64,000 bases of DNA. Source: Thalia democratica. Taxonomy: Eukaryota. The DNA is taken from NCBI GenBank assembly GCA_965202585.1, contig OZ241828.1, positions 50,654,001 to 50,718,000 of the forward strand, given 5' to 3'. Positions 12,821-24,146 of the stretch are shown here, one piece after another. Made by a program: the position numbers and the translations under genes. The notes beneath the pieces are model-generated. The model searched no databases and was not told the DNA's origin. It saw only the letters and a program-made list of their open reading frames with translations. The first letter of the stretch is position 1, and each line of letters begins with the position of its first letter.

Positions 12821-13477
12821 GAACGGGTCAAATATGCACGAGGACACTTTTGCACGAAAGATCAAATATTCACAAAGGGGCGCTTTTGCACGAAGATATT
12901 TTTGCACGAAGACATTTTGCACGAAGGGTCACTTTTACACGAGGGGCCACTTTTGCACGAAAGATCATTTTTCACGACAGTAAAAAAATAAAAAAATATA
13001 TAAAAAATGTTAAAAAAAGCAACATAATAAGAAGATTAGTTAATAAAAAAAAGTTACCGACCGAGGGTAAGGGTTAGGGGTAACAGTGATAGTAAAAATA
13101 GATATAAAATATAAAAATAACAAAAAAAATATTTAGAAAAAAGTATAAAAAAAATTTAAATAAAAAATAAAAACAGTTATCGACCGAGGGTAAGGGGTAA
13201 CAGTATGAAAAAAAAAACCTAAGAAATGTTATCAAAAAAAAAAGACAAAAAAACTACCGACCGACGGTAAGGGTTAAGGGTAACAGTGATAGTATTAAAA
13301 AATGTAATTAAAACTAAAGTTAAAAAATAAATTAATAACTTTTAAATTTTAAATGAGTGCAACAATGTTTTTGTTCAAAAGTGTCTTTGTGCAAAAGTGA
13401 ACCTTCGTGCAAAATTGACGCCGTGCAAAAGTGCCTTCGTGCAAAAGCGTTTTTGTGCATATTTGACCCTTCGTGCA
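12821..13477. mobile_element. Foldback/MITE-like element with subterminal repeat arrays (copy 1)
   Basis: Inverted termini GGGTCAAATATGCAC (12825-12839) / GTGCATATTTGACCC (13455-13469). Left array of TTTTGCACGAAG units, inverted CTTCGTGCAAAA units on the right. Three central direct repeats CGACCGAGGGTAAGGGTTAGGGGTAACAG. No TSD found. Confidence 0.7.
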
Positions 13478-14140
13478 TCATTAGACTTCTAGCCATCACT
13501 AAAATCTTAAGATACCTCATAATGCAAAGTATAAATAGAAAATGGTAAACCTGTTGGTAGCCTAACTAAAAGTAATTTGGAAAGTGTTTAAAAATATTTA
13601 GGGCCTTTTAATATTAATTTTTATTAAAAAACCTGTTATGTTTTAAACAAAGTCAAATGTTATTTTTAAAGTTCATGAATTAAGCAAATTCTAAATTTAG
13701 TACAAAATTTTTTACTATCTAAGAAAGAAAAGAGAACACCAATAAAAAACTTAAGTGTGTTATAAATAAAAAAACAACATATTCAAAAAATATACTAGTG
13801 TATTTAGTGGTATGGTAATGAATTACAAATACATTCATAAACAGTTTAGTTTTAGAAAATAATTAAACTTATTTTCTTATCGTAATTTTTAATAATATAA
13901 ATTTACGTGTTTAGGAGAGTTTATTTTACTTAAAAGGGATTATAAGCTTATGTAGCCACAGAAAATACTCTTAACTTTGATTATTAATGATATGCATGAT
14001 AGTTAAAAGTATTTTTTATTTAGGTTATTCACATTTTTTACCAAAAAAATTGAACGCAATTTTAAAGAAAATATGTAACCTTGTAAAATTCTAAATATGA
14101 TTTTCATTTGATTGCAAAAAAAATCTTAGATATCTAATCT

Positions 14141-15308
<1,168 letters not shown>

Positions 15309-15410
15309 GTTGTTACTAACTTTTACTTGACAATTTAGAGCTAAATTATAAACTTGAATTTTGTTTTAATTCTTCTCTTATATAGTACATTTTATTCATT
15401 GTCTTCTGGC

Positions 15411-15525
15411 GTAAACATTGACAAGTGGCAAGAATTGCGTTAAATTTGTACACGTGTAATGTACAACGTTTCGTTAAACAAACATCTTAAAGAAAAGAAG
15501 AACTTTTCACGTGGCTGTGACGTGA
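15411..15525 (-). promoter_or_regulatory. ARF-like gene upstream motif cluster (identical at 40261-40375)
   Basis: GTAAACA (forkhead-like) at 15411, CACGTG at 15451 and 15508 (the latter in CACGTGGC), TGACGTGA at 15518. These lie 100-220 bp upstream of the ATG. Confidence 0.5.
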
Positions 15526-16039
15526 TTTTTCATCGTAAAATATAAAAATCTAAATTTTTAAGTAATTACTTAATATTTTTTAAACTTGCATAAGTATATT
15601 TAGCTAAGACACTTCTTTAAAACTATATTGATTTTATCAAAAATTTAGAATATCTAAGTAACGTCTACAAAAAACCGCCGCTTTTATGTATAAGTTATAT
15701 AAGAAAGAACATGCTTTATAGTATTTTGGAGCTTTTAAAATTGAAATGATAAGTTGTGACAAGCTTGGGAAAGTTTCAGAATAAAGTTAAAATACGCAGT
15801 TTTTTATTAGATACTCACAAAAAATAAATAAATAATTCAATACTTAAACTTAAATAAACATTTTTTTCATATAATAAATATCAAAAAAAAAACTGTTATG
15901 CAATATTTGTGTGATGTAGCTTCGAACAATTTAAAATTGCTAATATAGTTCATTAACTTTCGGCAAGAAATAACTACGTTTGGATACAAAATTTTTGTAT
16001 AATGAACAATGAAGTATATAATAAGCTACAAAATAAAAA

Positions 16040-19000
16040 ATTAAAAAGTTGTTTACTAACAATTACTAGGAATTTTTCAAAAATTCTTTTACCTAATACA
16101 TTTACAGCTTTTAAATATATCAATTTCTAGTTCTCCTTTGCAGCTGTAGAAACATTTTTATATGAAATTAAGTAAAAATATCAATACAATTTTTACTAGT
16201 TAGTTTTATTTAGTTCTCGTAATGATTTATTCCAATCATTAGTTTTGTTGTTTATGCTTATAAAATATTTTTTGTTGTCAGGAAGTTCACTTAAAATAAG
16301 GAAAAATATGTATAAAAAAAGTATAAAAAATAAAAAAAATGTTTTTTAATAAAAACATACGGAAATTGAATTTTTTGCCAACTTTAAGTTTTAAGATTTA
16401 TTCAAAACCACTTCATTTTTGATAAAAGGATAATTATATTTAAATGAGTTTTTATTTAAACCAAAACTGATCAGTACAAAATTATGTTTTATATACCATT
16501 ATTCGGTGATTAATAAATTTGATGTAACAACTTGTACAAACCAATTAGAAAAACTGTTTAGTAATTGTTTTAAATCACTCTCTAAAAATAAATAAAAACT
16601 GTACTTTTTCGAGTAATCTAAATATAAATTTTCAGCTAATTTTGTTTCGACAATTAGGTTTTTATTTATTATAAGTATATTTCTTTTTTACGCATTACAT
16701 AAAGCAAATGTAAAAATTATAGTGCAACTGTTTCATGTAATGTATAAGTTTTACACAGAGTAATAATTAAAATACAATAAAGCTAATATTTTACGTTACT
16801 GATTCTCAGCTATTAAAATTAAAAAAATAAAACTTGAAGTATATATAGTAGAAGTAAACTAGTTACACAAAACTAAAAACATTATATTGCATATTTGTTG
16901 AATTGTCTAAACACTTTTATTCAAAAATTCAAGTTTGCTTCCGTCTAACACGAAAATCTACAAAACTTCAATAAGTGACTCTAAAATTTGTTGAATTCTA
17001 AAAGTATTTTTTCAATTTGTTAAAAACAAGTAAATAAGTAACTTCACCGTATTATTACCATTAGCTATTGGTTATACTCTTTTTATTCTTTTCCAAGGTA
17101 TTTTGGAGTCATTTTTTTGCGCTTTAAACTGTAAAAATCCTTCTAAAGCCCAGTTTCACTTTTATACATGCAGCGTTCAAAATAGTTTTAAAATGGTTTG
17201 TTTATCTGAAATTAACCTGAGTTGATAAAAATGCTAAAAATGTAATTTTTTGTCTAAAGGTCGTATTCAATTGTGGTCAAACGTGTAAACATAGCTTTCG
17301 TAACGAAACTGCCCTCTTTCAAAAAATACTTGCTGCTACGACCGCAATTTCAATGACTTTGAGCGTTTTGTTTATTGAGGTGATGTGTAAATTTGCAATA
17401 AGCTAAGTTCCATAATATGCCCAAATTTTTTTTTGTTAGCAGGTAGTCTTTATTTAAATAGTTTTCAATTAAAAATAAGTTTTTAGTTGAAATTTGTCAA
17501 AGATAAACGTTTATTACTTACTTATAGTTTTATAAACAGGTGTTTAAAATCTTTTATTATAAGTTTTAAAATTTAAATTTTTTTTAGTTTAAACATATTT
17601 ATGTTATTAAGTAAACTTTGTACTACAAACTGTTTCAAGGCTGAATAGTTGTAAATAGCTATAAGAATTGAAGATTAATTAATTAAGATTAAAGAAAAAT
17701 TGTTTACTAAAAATTACTAGGCATTTTTCAAAAATTCTTTTACCTAATACATTTACAGCTTTTAAATATATCAATTTCTAGTTCTCCTTTTACAGCTGTA
17801 GAAACATTTTTATGTGAAATTAAGTAAAACATCAATACAATTGTTACTAGTTAGTTTTATTTAGTTCTCGTAATGATTTATTCCAATCATTAGTTTTGTT
17901 GTTTATGCTTATAAAATATTTTTTGTTGTCAGGAAGTTCACTTAAAATAAGGAAAAATATGTATAAAAAAAGTATAAAAAATAAAAAAAATGTTTTTTAA
18001 TAAAAACATACGGAAATTGAATTTTTTGCCAACTTTAAGTTTTAAGATTTATTCAAAACTACTTCATTTTTGATAAAAGGATAATTATATTTAAATGAGT
18101 TTTTATTTAAACCAAAACTGATCAGTACAAAATTATTTTTTATATACCATTATTCGGTGATTAATAAATTTGATGTAACAATTTGTACAAACCAATTAGA
18201 AAAACTGTTTAGTAATTGTTTTAAATCACTCTCTAAAAATAAATAAAAACTGTACTTTTTCGAGTAATCTAAATATAAATTTTCAGCTAATTTTGTTTCG
18301 ACAATTAGGTTTTTATTTATTATAAGTATATTTCTTTTTTACGCATTACATAAAGCAAATGTAAAAATTATAGTGCAACTGTTTCATGTAATGTATAAGT
18401 TTTACACAGAGTAATAATTAAAATACAATAAAGCTAATATTTTACGTTACTGATCCTCAGCTATTAAAATTAAAAAAATAAAACTTGAAGTATATATAGT
18501 AGAAGTAAACTAGTTACACAAAACTAAAAACATTACATTGCATATTTGTTGAATTGTCTAAACATTTTTATTCAAAAATTCAAGTTTGCTTCCGTCTAAC
18601 AAGAAAATCTACAAAACTTCAATAAGTGACTCTAAAATTTGTTGAATTCTAAAAGTATTTTTTCAATTTGTTAAAAACAAGTAAATAAGTAACTTCACCG
18701 TATTATTACCATTAGCTATTGGTTATACTCTTTTTATTCTTTTCCAAGGTATTTTGGAGTCATTTTTTTGCGCTTTAAACTGTAAAAATCCTTCTAAAGC
18801 CCAGTTTCACTTTTATACATGCAGCGTTCAAAATAGTTTTAAAATGGTTTGTTTATCTGAAATTAACCTGAGTTGATAAAAATGCTAAAAATGTAATTTT
18901 TTGTCTAAAGGTCGTATTCAATTGTGGTCAAACGTGTAAACATAGCTTTCGTAACGAAACTGCCCTCTTTCAAAAAATACTTGCTGCTACGACCGCAATT

Positions 19001-19148
19001 TCAATGACTTTGAGCGTTTTGTTTATTGAGGTGATGTGTAAATTTGCAATAAGCTAAGTTCCATAATATGCCCAAATTTTTTTTTGTTAGCGGGTAGTCT
19101 TTATTTAAATAGTTTTCAATTAAAAATAAGTTTTTAGCTGAAATTTGT
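16040..19148 (+). repeat. Recent local duplication within copy 1 (A-C-A arrangement)
   Basis: 16040-17497 is near-identical to 17700-19148. The spacer 17498-17680 is a copy of 20661-20840. The corresponding part of copy 2 is single-copy. Confidence 0.9.
17033..17457 (+). other. Candidate exons of an unannotated membrane-protein gene (also at ~18683-19108; disrupted at ~41885-42258)
   Basis: Open frame 17033-17195 (FTVLLPLAIGYTLFILFQGILESFFC..KM), donor GTTTGT, AG-bounded 120-nt exon 17260-17379 (VVFNCGQTCKHSFRNETALFQKILAATTAISMTLSVLFIE), then a tiny terminal exon. Introns are ~60 bp. No start codon found. Confidence 0.3.
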
Positions 19149-20309
19149 TTTAACTGAGAACTTTAAAGTTAAGAAAAGCTAAGTTTTAAAAAACTATGAT
19201 AAAAAAAGTATAATTTTTTGAATGATCATTTAATACTTGAGTTTGTTTATATATAACTACAGTTTTTCTATGTCTTGAAAAAAAATAATTTCTTAACAAA
19301 ATTTAAATTTAAATCATACTTGAAACAATTGCTTAAGAGAAACTTTTTAACAGTCCCAAAAAGCTAAATTAGTACTTAAGCATGAAATTAACGTGGTGTA
19401 GGTTTGAAATAAGTCATTAAATAATTTCTATAACTGTCAGGTATAGTTATTTTAAGCTTAGCTTTAAAATTAATTAATATAGTAACATTGTTTTCAACAA
19501 GTAAAGAGCTTATTACTATGTCTAAAAGTATGTAACACTGTAGATTTATAAATGCTTGATCATTTGCTTAGAGTTTTTAGATTTTCAGATACTTTTTTGC
19601 TATAAATTAAGTGTCAACTTTTTTAATATCATATATGTATTATTTATATGTATATATGTTTGGCTTTTATTTATAGATATTAATATTTTGTTTTATTATT
19701 ACTTTATCTCTTTTCAATTAATTGGTAATAGATCCATCCATTTAAAATAAATTTAGATCCAGTCGAATTCTGATATTAGCAAAAATAGACGTATTTGTGA
19801 TCCGGTAGTCCACTAGTTTTGATCTATTTATCTATTAATATTTACTTTGCAATGTCTTAGAACATTGAATGGTACAACAATAATAAAAAAACAACAATAG
19901 AAATAAACTTTAACGAATAAACAATTCTTCAAGTTACTAAGTCGCTTTGAAATTTGTTTTTGTAAACCATTATTTTTAACTTATAACTTTTAATGTTCAC
20001 TTTTTAGTATTGTGTTCATTGTTTTTGAAATAATTTTTGACATAGTAGGATTACTAAAATAATCTTATACAGTACAAAACATATTTAATATTTTACAATT
20101 TAGTCTGTAGTCAGCAAATTTTTTTTTGTTAACTACTAAAGATATAACTAGTGTTTTCATCGATTACTTAACCGAAAAAAAGTAAAACATTAGAAAAATT
20201 TATGTTTAACGGTAAAAAATTAAATAAAATTGTACATATACAATTATACTAACTTAAAAAAGTAACCAGCTGTAAAAGTGAATAAAATAATAAATTAAAG
20301 GTATAGATT

Positions 20310-20660
20310 AAGGATTGGCAACGTGCTGGCTGTGGGCTGGATCTTGTCCGCCAATAGATACTTCTGACCTGCGAAATGTTTTTTATCTTAAAGCATCTTT
20401 TTTATACCAAAAAAATTCGAGCTTTTTTATTAAATACAATTTGATGTGTGCTCTTGATTTGATTTCTAGTAGGCAGTAGAGTTTATTAAAGCCGTTTTTT
20501 ATTGCATCTTAAGTTAAAAAAAAATTTTGTTTAAATTTTATTATCTTATTTTTACAATTAAGCGATTTACAAAAAAATATTTTAACAAAGTCCGGAACAA
20601 AAAAAACTTTAGTTGGTAAATCTGGTCCGTCGACTAAGGAAGTTTCTCACAAGTTTAGAC
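20310..20660. mobile_element. Degenerate hAT (Charlie/MER58-like) MITE remnants; a further end fragment at 23866-23900; both also in copy 2
   Basis: GGATTGGCAACGTGCTGGCTGTGGGCTGGATC and CAGGGGTCGGCAAAC..GCGGGCCGCA resemble hAT-Charlie type termini. No TSD found. Confidence 0.35.
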
Positions 20661-21079
20661 CAAAGATAAACGTTTATTACTTACTTATAGTTTTATAAAC
20701 AGGTGTTTAAAATATTTTTTTATAAGTTTAAAAATTTTTTTTTTTTTTAGTTTAAATATATTTATGTTATTAAGTAAACTTTGTACTACAAACTGTTTCA
20801 AGGCTGAATAGTTGTAAATAGTTATAATAATTGAAGATTAAATTATTAAAAATACCAAACATGAATTATCAATTAACTTGCTAGTTGCTGAAATCAAACA
20901 TCTAGTTGCTGGTTGTTTAGCAACTATATCAGAAATATAGGTAAACATGTTTATTATAAACATTAAAAAGTATCAATGTATCTTACTAAACACAACTTAC
21001 TAATATTTGTTTTAGTTCACCATTTTGATAAGTTAATAATTGAAAAAAAAACCTATAAAGTTTTTCTACAGTTTAAGTG

Positions 21080-21960
21080 TAACACTATTCCAAGTTTCAC
21101 TTGAAAACCGTTTTGTTTTTAAGAGAAAATTAAAAGTTATTGCATTTAAATTCTTGCCCGGGCAAAGTATGATGGAACAAAAAGTGAGAAAGAGAATAAA
21201 GAGAATGAGAGCGCATTTCTCTTTTAAGGCGTGTTATAAAAACTGCATGATGCAACGATTTATTTTAATGTTTTTGGTCACAAGCTGATAAGGTTATACG
21301 ATAGACTGAGCTGTGTTGACAGAACCGCCAGGAGCTGCAGAGACTGTTTACAAGAAAGACACTTGAATATTGGTATTGAGTTGTTTTATATTGTTTTAGT
21401 ATATATATTTATAATTGTATTTGTTAGATTTAAAGATTGTTATTTAAAGAAAGTTTTGTAATTCTCTTACTGTACACTTTATAGCTCTTCTGATTTTTAA
21501 CAAGTGATTTATTAAAAGCATTTTTACAGTGGTTTAATATAAAGCATTTTTCACATAAGTGACATACTTTTATAGTTCTTGTAGTTTTCAACACTTGGTT
21601 TTGCATTTAATTTTAAGTATTTTTAAAAATATTATTTAATTTTTTATAGTGGTTAACTTACAGTATTTTTGTACACATATTACATATATAATAATTCTTG
21701 TTATTTTAACAATGGATTTTGTGTTCATTGAAGTTCGTTTAACAGAGAAACTCACTCAATTGTTGTGCCTGGTTATTTATAGTAGTATTGATATCTAGTA
21801 ATACTTAGTCTAGGGTAAAGTTATAACTATGTCAAATCCCAATAGTAAAGTAACACTCAGATTAAGCCCTAAGCGTAAGCGTTCTAGGGGTAATGAACCT
21901 TTGGATGTCACCAACACCCAATCGTTTCAAAAGAATTATAAATTTTCTTTCATTTGTTGT
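21080..21960 (+). mobile_element. Copy-1-specific ~0.9 kb segment, probable retroelement fragments
   Basis: Absent at the matching copy-2 position (~47525-47555). Contains an ATG-started basic peptide MSNPNSKVTLRLSPKRKRSRG at 21829. Confidence 0.35.
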
Positions 21961-22531
21961 GCCTAAACAATAGTTTTGAAATGAATTTTATCTTAAAAAT
22001 CATAGAAATTAAACAGATCCAGTATTTAATTACATTGCAAAACTTTAACTAATACTGTTTTTAATTAATTGTAAACTTTCCATAAAATTATTACAAACAC
22101 AAACTATTTTTACGTTTAATTTTATTCAACTTAGTTTTTTAATAACATTCTAACTCAGGGTTCTATGCTTGGTAATTTAGGTTATAATTTTCAAAAATAC
22201 ATCAATATTTTTTACATTATTTTATCAGTTAAGTAACATTTTAACTTTAGTGTTTACGTTTTCTCACCTTTAAGTTTGTTAAAACAAAGTAGCTAATATT
22301 TAGCTTTTGTCATAAGTATAGTTTTTTTTTTAAATATAAATGCGAAGTATTTGAAAATTTTTAATTAGAATCTTTTTAATGTGTAGACAGTAGATCTAGT
22401 TATAGTTTACAGATAGATCGAGAACGGTTTTTATATTTACAACCTTTTAGAGGTTTTAAGTAAATACTTTTTAATGTACAGCGTTTTGCTAGTAGTCTTT
22501 AAATAAATCCTGTATTAATTTATTTATCAGT

Positions 22532-23638
22532 ATGTTGGACATCGACGTAAAAATTTTATTATTTTCGCTAAATGGTAATAATGATAATAACACTACTTTG
22601 GTTAAAAAAAAACATTGTTTCGAACAAATAATAACAACCGCTAGTTGACGCATTTTTGCCATGTAGAATTAACTACCGATCACACCGGGTTTCATGCTTT
22701 AATCAGCATTTTACATCATGCAATCATGTCTTGACCAGGTGATGTTATGTAACAAAGACGTATATAAACGGACGAGCGAATGAGAAAGCAGATCATTTGG
22801 ATTTTAACGTTAACATGAAGCATCACTACGCCATTTTCCAGTCCGAAGCGTAAGTCGCCATCTTGGAAAAGCTAGCTGAACTCCCGGAAAACCTTCTCTT
22901 GGCGCTCTGAGTATAAGTCGCCATCTTTCAAAAGTTAGATGATTTCCGGCAAAACATTCTTATTCAAGTATTTGTTTGTTTGTCTGAAATATTAACTTTG
23001 TACTTAACTTCATAAGTTCGTAGTTTTTATATCTTGTTCTATATACATTTTGTCTACCTACTTTAGCAACGTCGACGGGGCGTACAACTTGATTTGAGTT
23101 GTTAACGTGCTTACTCATAAGCCTAGGCATATTGCAGCAGACAAGCAACAACAACTTCCAGTTTGGATCAATTTAAACATTGAACTCCACGCATAAGCCC
23201 ACGCATTCGGTGGCATAAACTTATTACTTTATTTCTAATATCTATTTATCTTGCATGCTCTACATCCGGTGTCAACGAGGAAGTATAAGTCCTTACTTTC
23301 TGAACCAGTAAACTGTACGAGCAACCATCTGTTACAGCCAAAGTAGAATTTTGAACTGCAAGAAGCCGTCTTAAGTAATAAGTTTTCTTAACAGGTCTTT
23401 GTTTGTATTGTATAATAAAGCATATAGATACTTGTTAGTCTATATTTAAACTTAAACTTCAAGTAAAATAAATAGGGTATTTGCTCTTACACACTCTTGC
23501 ACTCGGTCGCAGACCGAGGTAGCAACTAAAGATAAAGATGGCCCCGAAGCTACTGCTAATCTGGCTCCTGTCGAAACTGCCGAACCTTTTACAGAGGCGG
23601 TTTCACATGAAGCTAGAGACCCAAGTAGCCCGGAGTTC
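22532..23638 (+). mobile_element. Copy-1-specific ~1.1 kb LTR-like insertion upstream of FMO copy 1
   Basis: Copy 2 reads TTATCAAGTATACATTAGTC (~48112) without it. The insert starts TGTTG and has TATATAAA (22761), three CGCCATYTT motifs, AATAAA, a hairpin CTCGGTC-GCA-GACCGAG and a truncated protein-like frame. No second LTR or PBS found. Confidence 0.5.
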
Positions 23639-24146
23639 ATCAAGTACACGTTAGTCTATTTTTACGCATAGTTGATTTGCATGAAAAAACATTTTTAGTT
23701 ATTATAGCTTTGTTTACGTACTTTAAAACAAAACAAGCTTTTATTTTTGTTAAAAAAGTTTGAAAAGCGTAATTGAATGATGCAGTTCGGACTTTATGAT
23801 ATGAAAAATACTTTGTAAGTGTTAAATACGTGATTTAAACAAGTTGAACCATCATAATGCTAAACCAGGGGTCGGCAAACTGAGTCCTGCGGGCCGCAAC
23901 AAACCTTTCTATTTGAAGTGTATACTAAATAATAACATCTTTAAAAGTTAAACTAAGTTGTTAAAATTTTATACGCATTCAATCCTCTAAGCCGTTTTTT
24001 ATTCTAGCTTTAAACTTAACTTAGATATTATTAAGAAGATAAATTAAGTGAGTATCATAAGCAACTAAAACCGTAACATGCACTGACTTAAATAAAACTT
24101 TAACTACCAAAGTAAAATATGTGAAATTTCAGAAATTATTTTAAGT

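Noticed and set aside
13056-13294. Interstitial telomere
   Set aside because: Only single GGGTTAGGG-like units inside longer element-internal repeats; no (TTAGGG)n tract.
12692-13548. Several ORFs and a CRISPR-like look in the TTTTGCACGAAG arrays
   Set aside because: The ORFs arise from stop-poor repeats. The units are degenerate, abut without unique spacers, are mirrored as an inverted array, and no cas genes are present.
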